Below the pieces are notes generated by a model that did not search any database, had not been told where the DNA came from, and saw nothing but the letters and a program-made list of their open reading frames with translations. DNA of 64,000 nucleotides from Eubacteriales bacterium. Lineage in GTDB: Bacteria; Bacillota; Clostridia; Oscillospirales; CAG-272. Shown one piece after another: positions 28,136 through 36,931 of the stretch. Location: contig JAZRGD010000087.1 of assembly GCA_045644045.1 (NCBI GenBank), positions 499 through 64,498 of the forward strand. Reading direction: 5' to 3'. Each line of letters starts with the position of its first letter. Within the stretch, counting starts at the first letter, position 1. The position numbers and the translations under genes were made by a program.

Positions 28136-29275
28136 ATGTTCGAGAAACTGACAAAATTTTGCGATCTTTTTTTGGAAATGGGTGTGCCCGGGTACGACCT
28201 TCTTGTGTATCGGGACGGTGCGCCCGTGTTTCGCCGCTATAACGGATACAGCGATCTTGAAAACAAGGTGAAAATGAACGGAAGGGAGCGGTATAACATC
28301 TACTCCTGCTCCAAGCCCATCACCTGTACTGCGGCCTTACAGCTTTGGGAGAGGGGGCTTTTCTCCCTTGAGGATAAGCTCTCGGACTATATGCCCGAAT
28401 TTGCGGAAATGACGGTAAAGACCGAGGGCGGGGTGAAAAAAGCCGAAAACCCCATTTTGGTGAAGCATCTTTTTGAGATGACGGCAGGCTTTTCCTATGC
28501 CACCGCCTCGCCCTCGCTGATGCGGTGCAGGGAGGAGACGGATGGCAAATGTCCCACCCGTGAGGTCATGAAATACTTGGCGAAGGAGCCCCTTCTTTTT
28601 GAGCCGGGAGACCGATGGGAATACAGCCTGTGCCACGACGTGTTAGCCGCCTTGGTGGAGGTGGTGTCGGGCGAGAAATTCGAGGACTACGTAGAAAAGA
28701 ATATTTTCGCTCCCTTGGGAATGAAGGACTCCACCTTCATGCTGACCGAGGATGAGACAGACACCGTTGCCGAGCAATATCAGTTTGTCGCGGGTGCCCC
28801 CAAGAACGTGGGCAAGCCCATTACCACCTATAAGCTCGGCAGTCAGTACGCCTCGGGCGGCGCGGGCGGCATCTCTTCGGTGGAGGATTATATGCGCTTC
28901 TTGGAGGGGCTTCGCACCCACAGACTGCTAAAGCCCGAAACGCTCCGTCTTATGCAGACCGACAGGCTGACAGAGCAGCAAAAGCGCACCTATTGGTCGC
29001 AAGCGACGCACGGCTACGGTCTTGGTGTCCGATGCCCCACCGGGGTAGGGCCGAATACCGATTTCGGCTGGGGCGGCGCGGCAGGTGCTTATTTGGCCGT
29101 GGATACGGAAAACGCCATATCGGTGTATTTTGGCACCCATCTTTTGTCCTCTCCCGTACAGGGTCTTCGCTCCCTGATCTTCCGCTTCGTGAGAGCCGAG
29201 CTGATCGACCCTGCCGATATCGACAGCATCGGGGCGGAATTAAAGAAGCTGTACGATTACGACCTGACATATTAA
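28136..29275 (+). CDS. serine hydrolase (beta-lactamase/transpeptidase-like, class C type)
   Basis: SxxK motif in YSCSKPIT and a C-terminal GWGGAAGAY. No signal peptide. ATG at 28136 preceded by GAGGTGG (the ORF-track GTG is at 28127). Confidence 0.8.
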   Translation: MFEKLTKFCDLFLEMGVPGYDLLVYRDGAPVFRRYNGYSDLENKVKMNGRERYNIYSCSKPITCTAALQLWERGLFSLEDKLSDYMPEFAEMTVKTEGGVKKAENPILVKHLFEMTAGFSYATASPSLMRCREETDGKCPTREVMKYLAKEPLLFEPGDRWEYSLCHDVLAALVEVVSGEKFEDYVEKNIFAPLGMKDSTFMLTEDETDTVAEQYQFVAGAPKNVGKPITTYKLGSQYASGGAGGISSVEDYMRFLEGLRTHRLLKPETLRLMQTDRLTEQQKRTYWSQATHGYGLGVRCPTGVGPNTDFGWGGAAGAYLAVDTENAISVYFGTHLLSSPVQGLRSLIFRFVRAELIDPADIDSIGAELKKLYDYDLTY

Positions 29276-29388
29276 AGAGAAAATAAAAGCTACGGTTTAA
29301 AAGGCGATCCTGTCATAACGCTTGCCGTGCAAGCGCATAACGGCGAAAGGAACGAGCCTCATAACTCTAAACTGAAAACCAATGGAAA

Positions 29389-29427
29389 AGAGAGAGCATT
29401 TCGGCTATAAACCGATTTGCTCTCTCT
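29389..29427. terminator. long hairpin between convergent genes
   Basis: AGAGAGAGCA...TGCTCTCTCT (10 bp) plus 4 inner base pairs. The T tracts are only modest. Confidence 0.45.
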
Positions 29428-29552
29428 TCTGTCGTTATCGGGGATGGCTTCTCCCTATTTGCTTGAACGGTCAAGCGCGATGCTTGTACTCTGTTCCAAG
29501 TGGAATTTCTCCGTTAAGGACGTCACCCGTAACGGTGTTGCCGTTTTTCTCT

Positions 29553-30557
29553 TTACCGCCTCACGTCGGAGGGGCTGTTTTTCATCAGGCTGCGTATCTC
29601 CTCTACGGTGGCGAAATTCACGTCGCTGACAACGGTATGCTTGATGGCCGAGGAGGCGGAAGCAAAATCCACCGCCTCCTGCGCATCGAAGCCGTGGATA
29701 AGGGCGTAGACTAAGCCCGCCGAGAAGGCATCGCCGCTTCCCACACGGTCTACCACCGCCACCCGACGCGGCGCGCTGACGGCAAAGCCGTCTTTTCGGG
29801 AAAGAGCGGCGCAGATCACCGTCTCATCGGCGGAAAGCGTGCGGCGCACGGTGATGGCGATCTGTTCTATGCCCGTGGTCTCCCTCACCCTTGCGGCGAG
29901 GTCATACAAGCGCGCCTCTCTCTCCTCCTCACCATAGGAGGAAGACACCCCAAGGGTCGCCTTAAAATGCTCCTCGTTGCCGATCAAGCAGGTAACGTAG
30001 GGCAAAAGCCGTCCGATAACGGTGCTGAATTTTTCTGTACTGCCCAAGGCACTGCGGTAGTTCAAGTCGAGAAATACCGAAATTCCCCGTCTTTTCGTCT
30101 CCTGTAAGACGGAGAGACAGCAATCGGACAGCTCTTCCGACAAAAAGGGTGTGATGCCGCTGAGGTAAAATATATCCGCGTCCCCCAAGATCGCATCCCA
30201 ATCGTAGTCGGTGTAGCGAGAGGTGGTAAAGGCAGAGCCGTCTCTGTCGTAAATGACGGCCGAGGGGCGCAAGGAGCGACCGTTTTCCAAATAATACGCT
30301 CCCATTCGCCCTGTGGCGCGGGGAACGTGCGCCGTTTCGATGCCGAAGCCTCTCAGAAAACGGAGCCCCTTTTCCGCCAAGGCGTGGGAGGGTAAGCGGG
30401 TAAAAAATTCGCAATGCTCTCCCCAAAGGCCAAGGGCGGCGCAGACGTTGGCCTCCGCGCCCGTAAAGCCGACCTGCATCAGATCGACTTGGGCAAAGCG
30501 CTCGTCCCCCAAGGGGCTGAAATGAATGAGAAGATCGCCAAAGCAAACCACTTTCAT
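29553..30557 (-). CDS. PfkB-family sugar kinase (2-dehydro-3-deoxygluconokinase-like)
   Basis: 334 aa with a C-terminal DRVGSGDAFSAGLVYAL anion-hole motif. The overall pattern is KdgK-like. The exact substrate is inferred. Confidence 0.8.
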   Translation of the reverse strand: MKVVCFGDLLIHFSPLGDERFAQVDLMQVGFTGAEANVCAALGLWGEHCEFFTRLPSHALAEKGLRFLRGFGIETAHVPRATGRMGAYYLENGRSLRPSAVIYDRDGSAFTTSRYTDYDWDAILGDADIFYLSGITPFLSEELSDCCLSVLQETKRRGISVFLDLNYRSALGSTEKFSTVIGRLLPYVTCLIGNEEHFKATLGVSSSYGEEEREARLYDLAARVRETTGIEQIAITVRRTLSADETVICAALSRKDGFAVSAPRRVAVVDRVGSGDAFSAGLVYALIHGFDAQEAVDFASASSAIKHTVVSDVNFATVEEIRSLMKNSPSDVRR

Positions 30558-31264
30558 TTTGCTCTCGCCTCCTTACACGTATGAATACAAGCGGAGATCC
30601 TTTGATAGATCCCCTCCGCGTCTCCCGCCTCGGTCTCGAAAACGGCGTTTTCGTTGAAATCAGGGGCGGGTGTCTGAATACCGCCCAAAAAGGAAAGGCT
30701 CTCCCCCTTGTCCCGCGACGACCAGACGGACACCGTCTCACGGGAGGGGAAGGGATGGTAGTCGCTGGGAAGATGGGTCCATATGGAGGCGGGGAAGATC
30801 CATTCGCCATTCTTTAAAACGGTGGGATTGTCCGCCATAAAGCCGTCGCAAATGCGGCGCGGCCCGTCGAAAACAGGCGTGTCTGCGTCGGGCTCGCGGC
30901 AGGTGCGGCACCAAATGCCGCCTCGACCGTCAAAGTACCCATAGCTCTGAGTCCAAAAGCGGTATAATACTCCGTCGGGGCTCATAAACAAAAGGGCCTC
31001 GCTCATGCGCACCGCCTCGGTGTGATAGGCGTAGAAGGCAAGCTTGTAATGCTCTCCGCCGTCGTCGCTGTACGCGCAAGCATTATAATTGTCGGTGGTC
31101 TCCCCTGCGGACAGGTTGTCCGCGCTGTATACGCAAAAAATTCTGCCACCCTTGGTGGCGGCGGCAGAGGGCGCAGATTGCCATAGTCTGCCCTCGGGCG
31201 AGAATCGCTCGTCCTTCTCGGTAACGAATACAGGGGGGATAAGGGACACGTCTTCCTTTTCCAT
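30554..31264 (-). CDS. short BNR/sialidase-fold protein
   Basis: 236 aa with degenerate Asp-boxes (YSDDGGEHY, SSRDKGESL). Its stop overlaps the kinase start (ATGA). Confidence 0.5.
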   Translation of the reverse strand: MEKEDVSLIPPVFVTEKDERFSPEGRLWQSAPSAAATKGGRIFCVYSADNLSAGETTDNYNACAYSDDGGEHYKLAFYAYHTEAVRMSEALLFMSPDGVLYRFWTQSYGYFDGRGGIWCRTCREPDADTPVFDGPRRICDGFMADNPTVLKNGEWIFPASIWTHLPSDYHPFPSRETVSVWSSRDKGESLSFLGGIQTPAPDFNENAVFETEAGDAEGIYQRISACIHTCKEARAK

Positions 31265-31323
31265 GGTATGCCTCCTTTATTTTCTTATCTTCATTATAAG
31301 AACAATTTGAGAAATGTAAATAA

Positions 31324-31354
31324 CTGAAATTGCTTAATTTTTAACTTAAATTGC
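31324..31354 (+). promoter_or_regulatory. 21-bp-phased direct repeat (candidate AraC-type operator)
   Basis: CTGAAATTGC at 31324 and CTTAAATTGC at 31345, in the divergent region between the BNR/kinase unit and AraC module 2. Confidence 0.35.
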
Positions 31355-31376
31355 GGTATAATGGTGGCGGAGGATA

Positions 31377-32189
31377 ATGAAAATGCTGAAGATCAACGAA
31401 TATTTTTATCGTTTGCAGGGAAAGGACCTTTTCGTGCAAAGGAATCACGCGCATAACGAGGTGGAGCTGATACAGGTGGTGAGCGGAAACGGATTGCTCC
31501 TAAAAAACGATAAGTCCTTTCTTTTTGAGTCGGGGCATCTCTTCGTCATAGATGCGAGGCGCACGCATCTGGTCTGTCCGCGCTCGGCGGATTGTCACGA
31601 TTACGTGCGAAACAAGCTGGTGATAGATGCCGATTCCTTCACGCGCTTTTGCAACGACATGGGATTAAAAAGGGTGGCGGAGGCGTTGTTCGACAGCGCG
31701 CCCATTCCTACCGCGACCCTGCCCGAGATCGACGGCATATATAAAACCGCCGCCACGCTGTGCAATGCGGGCGGAAGGGAAAACGTGGGCTTTGCCCACG
31801 GGTACGTTTTGCGCCTGTTGCACCTGCTCTATGAGAATATCGGCGTGCCTGTGGCAGAGGAAAGCAAGGATACCGTACAAAAAATGCTGGATATTATCGG
31901 CAGAAAGGACGGATGCACCTCCCTGGAGGAGATCAGTAGCCTGCTTTACATGAACAAGCACTATCTTTGCCATCTTTTCAAGGAGAAAACGGGGGTGACG
32001 CTATCTGCCTATCTTGCCGATAAAAAATGGGAAAAGGGGTGCAGCCTTTTGAAAAGCACCTCTTACACGGTAGAGCGCATTGCCGAGATGTGCGGCTTTT
32101 CCTCATCCCCCTCCTTTACGCGCTTTTTCAAGGAAAAAAGCGGCATGTCGCCTGTGGCTTACCGAAAGGAAAACGCCCCCAAGCTATAA
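31377..32189 (+). CDS. AraC family transcriptional regulator (module 2)
   Basis: Cupin-like N-terminus and a C-terminal double HTH (LEEISSLLYMNKHYLCHLFKEKTGVTLSAY...VERIAEMCGFSSSPSFTRFFKEKSGMSP). Confidence 0.85.
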   Translation: MKMLKINEYFYRLQGKDLFVQRNHAHNEVELIQVVSGNGLLLKNDKSFLFESGHLFVIDARRTHLVCPRSADCHDYVRNKLVIDADSFTRFCNDMGLKRVAEALFDSAPIPTATLPEIDGIYKTAATLCNAGGRENVGFAHGYVLRLLHLLYENIGVPVAEESKDTVQKMLDIIGRKDGCTSLEEISSLLYMNKHYLCHLFKEKTGVTLSAYLADKKWEKGCSLLKSTSYTVERIAEMCGFSSSPSFTRFFKEKSGMSPVAYRKENAPKL

Positions 32190-32324
32190 AGCAAGCGATA
32201 AATTTGCGCTCGCTAAGGCTTCGCGGATCTTTTGTATTCGCGGGGAGAAGGTTCCGTTTTTCTCCGGATAAGGAGCGACTGCGGGAAAAATGCTTGCAAC
32301 CGTCCTCACTGCCGATGCCGTAAT

Positions 32325-32417
32325 GATGCTTTGGCCGTGGATACGGAAAACGCCGTATCGGTGTGTTTTGGCGCGGATGGCGCAAAGCTCTCCGCCGATA
32401 AGGTGTGCATGAAATAA
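32325..32417 (+). pseudogene. 3' relic of a serine-hydrolase paralogue
   Basis: 32331..32372 matches 29093..29134 (inside the intact hydrolase) at 40 of 42 nt. It encodes ALAVDTENAVSVCFG versus YLAVDTENAISVYFG. There is no upstream coding continuity. It ends just before the terminator at 32421. Confidence 0.5.
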
Positions 32418-32420
32418 TAC

Positions 32421-32451
32421 AAAAGGCTTTCGCCTGTGGCGAAAGCCTTTT
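32421..32451. terminator. Bidirectional terminator
   Basis: AAAAGGCTTTCGC-ctgtg-GCGAAAGCCTTTT. Serves the SDR gene on the minus strand and the relic on the plus strand. Confidence 0.7.
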
Positions 32452-32472
32452 CTCTGTTAGGGGAGAGCTTTG

Positions 32473-33210
32473 TCAGATCTTTTTCCTGCCGCCGTCGATC
32501 TGTATGCTTTGACCCGTAATGTAGCCCGCGCTCTCGGAGGCGAGGAAGCAGATGAGATCGGCGTTCTCTCTGTCCGTGCCCGTTCTTCCCATATAAGAAA
32601 GCTCGGTCGGTTGGCGGTAGTCTATATCCTCCACGTCCGACGGGGACACGGTGCCGGGAGACACGGCGTTGACGGTAACGCCCGCGTCCGCCACCTCCTT
32701 GGCAAGTGCCTTGGTGAAGGAGATCACGGCACCCTTGGTGGCGGAATAATGCGCCATCATGGCATTGCCGTACACACCCGCCACCGACGCCACGTTGATG
32801 ACGCGACCGTAGCCTGCCTCTACCATGTGAGGCAGAGCGGCCTTCGTCACGTATACCGTGCCCATGACGTTGACGTCCAAAAATCTTTTCCACTCGGCCG
32901 TGGGTGTGTCGAGAAATTTTGACCAGCAATGCCAAAGGGCGGCGTTGTTGACCAAAATATCGATCTTGCCCATCCTCGTTACGGCATCCGCCACCGTCGC
33001 GTTCACCTTATCCTCGTCGCTGATATCGCAAGCATAGATCAGCACCTCGTCGGTATAGGCGCGAAGCTCCTCCCTTACGGCGGTCAGCTTTTCAAAATTC
33101 ACGTCCAAAAGAATCAGTCTTGCCCCTTTTTCGGCAAGAGTCAGGGCCACGGCTCTGCCGATACCCACCGACGCGCCCGTCACGAGCGCGGTTTTTCCTT
33201 GAAATTCCAT
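32473..33210 (-). CDS. SDR family oxidoreductase
   Basis: TGASVGIGRAVA (TGxxxGxG), NNAA and YSATKGAV (YxxxK) motifs. Confidence 0.9.
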   Translation of the reverse strand: MEFQGKTALVTGASVGIGRAVALTLAEKGARLILLDVNFEKLTAVREELRAYTDEVLIYACDISDEDKVNATVADAVTRMGKIDILVNNAALWHCWSKFLDTPTAEWKRFLDVNVMGTVYVTKAALPHMVEAGYGRVINVASVAGVYGNAMMAHYSATKGAVISFTKALAKEVADAGVTVNAVSPGTVSPSDVEDIDYRQPTELSYMGRTGTDRENADLICFLASESAGYITGQSIQIDGGRKKI

Positions 33211-33240
33211 TTTCTCTTCTCCTTCCTGTACGGTAAGATC

Positions 33241-34002
33241 TCAAGCACGGTTCATAGCGTTTCGGCCGCCGTCGATCATAATGTTCTCGCCGTTGATGAA
33301 CTGCCCCTTTTCGGAGGCGATGAACAGGCAAAGGTCAATGATCTCCTGCGGCTCGGCGGCTCTGCCGAGAAGGGTCTTCATGTTCGCCATAGCCGCTCTC
33401 GTTAAAACGGGGCCGGGAGAGACGCAAACGCATCGGATGCCGTATTTCGCCCCGAATTGCGCGATGGACTTGGTAAGACCGTACATCAGTCCGGCCTTGG
33501 AGGTGGGGTAATCCATACCGAAGCCGTCCCCCTCCGCGCCCGTGATAGAGCCGATATTGATGATGAGACCGCTTTTTTGCTCTCTCATCTGCTTTAGGAC
33601 CGCGTGGGCAAAATAGAAGGGGCCCTTCAAATTGACGTCAATGCCCCAATCGTACACGTCGATGGGAACGTCGGGGAACTCGGGATGCTTTGTACGGTCA
33701 ACGCCCCGCATCCTGACGGCCGTTCCGCCCGCGAAATTCGCCATCACGTCGATGGAGCCAAAGGTCTCTACCGCTTTGTCTCTCGCGGCGCAGACCTGCG
33801 CGTAATCCCGTACGTCACACAGGACGCCGACAGCGCGTCCGCCGTCCTTTTCATTGATCTCCCTTACCTTTTCCGCGAGAACGCTTTCGTTCACGTCGCA
33901 CATCACCACGTTACCGCCCAAAGCGGCAAAGCACTGCGCAAATAAAAGACCCATGCCCGAGGCCGCACCCGTAGAAATTGCTGTTTTGCCTTGAAAGCTC
34001 AT
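33241..34002 (-). CDS. SDR family oxidoreductase
   Basis: TGAASGMGLLFA and YPTSKAGL motifs. Tandem with the previous SDR. Confidence 0.9.
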   Translation of the reverse strand: MSFQGKTAISTGAASGMGLLFAQCFAALGGNVVMCDVNESVLAEKVREINEKDGGRAVGVLCDVRDYAQVCAARDKAVETFGSIDVMANFAGGTAVRMRGVDRTKHPEFPDVPIDVYDWGIDVNLKGPFYFAHAVLKQMREQKSGLIINIGSITGAEGDGFGMDYPTSKAGLMYGLTKSIAQFGAKYGIRCVCVSPGPVLTRAAMANMKTLLGRAAEPQEIIDLCLFIASEKGQFINGENIMIDGGRNAMNRA

Positions 34003-34183
34003 TTTGACTCCTCCTTGTTGGGATTCAAAAGCAGGTTGCTTCTTAAACCATTATACCCTTCGGCCCTTCTTTTGTAAATATGAAAAACGATCGTATTTAA
34101 CAAAAACGCTCCTTTATCGCGGCATGGCCGACTTGACTTTTTTCTCCCCCTGTGGTAAGATGGATGAAAAAGGAGGTGGGCAA

Positions 34184-34753
34184 ATGAAGGAAACGCTTTA
34201 TACCATTCAACACGCCGACGCCTTTGGTCAGATGCAAAAAACGGGCGTGCTGCGCGCGGACGAGCGATTTCTCTTTGCCCGCGATCTTCCCGACGTCCTT
34301 AACGCCTACGGCTTTATGGCGGAGGAGATGAAAATGCGCATCTGCGCGCCGCCTGCGGGGGTGCGATATCCCGTGTGGGCGTGGCACACATGGGAGGGGC
34401 AAAGGAAAAGGCGAGACCTGCGACAGGGCGGCTACGGTGCTCGTGGTGCCCCTATGGTGCAGATCACCTTTGAAGCGGAGGAGGGAAGCTTTTTGCTTTC
34501 GGACTTCGATCGCTGGCACGAGGTCATGCGCGGCACTCTCTTGGCAAGGGACGGGGCGGAGTACGACCGCTATCGGACGCACCCCACCGCCTACACTGAC
34601 GAAATGCTGCGCGCCTCTTGGCGAAGGGTCTTTGACCTTTCCTATCGCTCGTCGGAGCTTGACACTCCGTGGGAGGACGTGAGCCTGCAAGCCACTCTTT
34701 GGGAGATCCGCCTCTCGCAGGTGGTCAGGGTAGAGCATTTTATCGCGCGATGA
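34184..34753 (+). CDS. DUF3841 domain protein
   Basis: Start at the ATG at 34184 after AAAGGAGGTGG. The motifs YPVWAWHTWEG and LLSDFDRWHEVM match my memory of DUF3841. A TTGACT-17-TAAGAT promoter lies at 34133..34161. Confidence 0.65.
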   Translation: MKETLYTIQHADAFGQMQKTGVLRADERFLFARDLPDVLNAYGFMAEEMKMRICAPPAGVRYPVWAWHTWEGQRKRRDLRQGGYGARGAPMVQITFEAEEGSFLLSDFDRWHEVMRGTLLARDGAEYDRYRTHPTAYTDEMLRASWRRVFDLSYRSSELDTPWEDVSLQATLWEIRLSQVVRVEHFIAR

Positions 34754-34761
34754 ACAGGCAT

Positions 34762-34810
34762 GAAAGAGGAAAACCTGCGATTTTTCGCAGGTTTTCCTCT
34801 TTCTTCATTA
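34762..34810 (+). terminator. Rho-independent terminator
   Basis: Perfect 18-bp stem GAAAGAGGAAAACCTGCG/CGCAGGTTTTCCTCTTTC with a 6-nt loop, followed by TTCATTA. Confidence 0.7.
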
Positions 34811-34846
34811 AAAATTAAAAGGGCCGCCTCTTTTTTCTTCTGTATT

Positions 34847-35641
34847 TTATGCCTTTGCCTGTGCCTCTCGTCTGTATTCCTTGGCGGTCACGCCCGTGGC
34901 ATCCTTGAAGGCCTGGCAAAAATAGGAAATACCCGAAAAGCCGCATTCCTCCGCGATCCGGCTGATGCTGAGCTGACTGTCCGCCAAAAGACTGCGGGCG
35001 GCGGCGAGACGGGTTCTTAAGAGATACTCCATTACCGTTATGCCCATGGCCTCCTTGAATTTGCGGCAGAAATAATACTTGCTGGTGTGGATATGGGCGC
35101 AGATCTCCTCCAAGGTGATGCTTTCGGCGTAACGCTTGTTGATGTAATCGATGGCGCGAGAGAGAGCACCGCGCGGTGTGGGAATGGAGATGGCGGCATG
35201 CTCCTTTATGCAGATCATCAGACGGAAGAAGCAGGAATAAAATCTTTCGTGCGTGCCCTCCTCCTTTGCCCTTTTCGCCTCCGCGAACAGGGCATCCACC
35301 GCCGCACGTTCTTCGGGCGGCACTTGGGCGAACACCACGTTGTTTTGGGAAAAGAGACGGAAAAAGTCGGAGGAGTCGGAGAAGAGAGAGAGCAGGGCGT
35401 GCTTTTGGGTGTCGGGTAAAAATATCTTACTTCTGTCGTAGACGGCAGGCTCGGCGGGCATGGTGTAATGCAGCTTACCCGAGGCGATGAAGCAAAGCAC
35501 GCCCGCCTCGATGGGGTACACGCCGTCCTGAAACACGATGCTGCCGCCGTTCGAGTAGGTATATATGACGGTATTGGCATCCGTAAAGTGCCATATCTTG
35601 TAATGGGGGTCTCGCCCCACCTCATGATAGGAGATATTCAT
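34847..35641 (-). CDS. AraC family transcriptional regulator (module 3)
   Basis: Start at the ATG at 35641 (MNISYHEVGRDPHYKIWHF). Cupin-like N-terminus and a C-terminal double HTH (LEEICAHIHTSKYYFCRKFKEAMGITVMEY...ISRIAEECGFSGISYFCQAFKDATGVT). Confidence 0.85.
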   Translation of the reverse strand: MNISYHEVGRDPHYKIWHFTDANTVIYTYSNGGSIVFQDGVYPIEAGVLCFIASGKLHYTMPAEPAVYDRSKIFLPDTQKHALLSLFSDSSDFFRLFSQNNVVFAQVPPEERAAVDALFAEAKRAKEEGTHERFYSCFFRLMICIKEHAAISIPTPRGALSRAIDYINKRYAESITLEEICAHIHTSKYYFCRKFKEAMGITVMEYLLRTRLAAARSLLADSQLSISRIAEECGFSGISYFCQAFKDATGVTAKEYRREAQAKA

Positions 35642-35683
35642 TTGACCGCCTCCCTTTTTTCGGATAGTATAACACTTTTTTTC

Positions 35684-35720
35684 AAAAAAAGCAACAGAAA
35701 TAAAAAAATAAGCAATGGAA
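35684..35720 (+). promoter_or_regulatory. 21-bp-phased direct repeat (candidate AraC-type operator)
   Basis: AAAAAAAGCAACAGAAA and AAAAATAAGCAATGGAA. The AGCAAYRG cores sit at 35690 and 35711. Confidence 0.3.
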
Positions 35721-35791
35721 GCATATAAATACGGCGGATTTTTTGATAAAATAAAAGGGCATTCCACTTAAAAAACAAAGGAGACAGTAAA

Positions 35792-36895
35792 ATGAAGGTC
35801 CTTCATTCCTCTATCATTTACGAAAATCCCCTGCCTCAGCTTTGTAGCAGACACAGCTTTTTCCCGAATATCGCCGAGAAAAAGGATGGCACCCTGCTTG
35901 CCGCCTTCGCCATCGGCCAGGCCTTTGAGAGCGTGGACAGCACCGCCTGTATCGCCAAAAGCACCGACGGGGGCAAGAGCTGGAGCACCCCCCGTGCCAT
36001 GCTGGACCTTAAGGGCGAGGAAAATAAGCTTACCGATTACGCTAAGCTCACAGCACTGCCCGACGGTCGTATCGTGGCTATGGGATATACTTATTTGCGC
36101 GACGACCCCACCCTTCCCATCGGCAACCCCGAAAACGGCGGCGTTTTGGATGATTTCGTGTTCTACGCCCTGTCCAAGGATGGCGGCGAGACCTTTGGCG
36201 AGATGAACAAGATCGCTTGCGCCTGGGGGCCTCACGTAGAAGCCTCTGCCCCCATCACCGTTCTGAAGGACGGTAGCTGGATCACGCCCATCACCGGCTT
36301 CCCCGATTGGGAGGGCAAAATGCACGGTGCGCTTTGCGGCCGCGCTCTCGTGTCCCACGACGAGGGAAGGACTTGGAATGACGACACCGTTTGCATGGAC
36401 TTCTCCCCGAGACAGGTCACCTGCTATGAGCAGAGAATGTGTCAGCTCGCCTCGGGCACCGTCGTTTGTATCGGTTGGAACGAGGATGTGACCACGGGCG
36501 AAAGACTTGCCAATCATTACACGCTGTCCTTTGACGGTGGCAAGAGCTGGACAGCACCCGAAAGCACGGGTGTGAAAGGTCAGGCATCTTCCGTTTGCGC
36601 CATCGGCGGCGAGCGTCTTCTTGCCCTGCACGCCGTGCGTCGCGATACCGACCGTCCCGGCATCTATGCCTACGTCATTGACCTCTCCGAAGGAAAATGG
36701 CGCGTGGTAGACGAGGCGGTGGTGTGGGAGCCCAAGACACCCATTATGAAGGATACCAAAATGGCCGAGATCTTTTCCTTCCTCAAGTTCGGTCAGCCGG
36801 GTGCAGTCCTCCTTTCTGACGGGGATGTGATGATGTCCCATTGGTTTGCCGAGGACGGACAGTACAAAACGGTTGCTACCCGTATTTCTCTTTAA
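35792..36895 (+). CDS. BNR-repeat / sialidase-fold glycoside hydrolase-like protein (cytoplasmic)
   Basis: 367 aa with four Asp-boxes (STDGGKSW, SKDGGETF, SHDEGRTW, SFDGGKSW). No signal peptide. Confidence 0.75.
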   Translation: MKVLHSSIIYENPLPQLCSRHSFFPNIAEKKDGTLLAAFAIGQAFESVDSTACIAKSTDGGKSWSTPRAMLDLKGEENKLTDYAKLTALPDGRIVAMGYTYLRDDPTLPIGNPENGGVLDDFVFYALSKDGGETFGEMNKIACAWGPHVEASAPITVLKDGSWITPITGFPDWEGKMHGALCGRALVSHDEGRTWNDDTVCMDFSPRQVTCYEQRMCQLASGTVVCIGWNEDVTTGERLANHYTLSFDGGKSWTAPESTGVKGQASSVCAIGGERLLALHAVRRDTDRPGIYAYVIDLSEGKWRVVDEAVVWEPKTPIMKDTKMAEIFSFLKFGQPGAVLLSDGDVMMSHWFAEDGQYKTVATRISL

Positions 36896-36931
36896 AAGTC
36901 AACAAAAGATTACATTTCGGAGGTAAATAAC

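Noticed and set aside
29430-29552. An in-frame open stretch after the sugar-kinase stop codon (GGKEKNGNTVTGDVLNGEIPLGTEYKHRA), possibly indicating readthrough or a lost C-terminus.
   Set aside because: It is short, has no recognisable motif, and the PfkB domain is already complete at the annotated stop. It is most likely chance.
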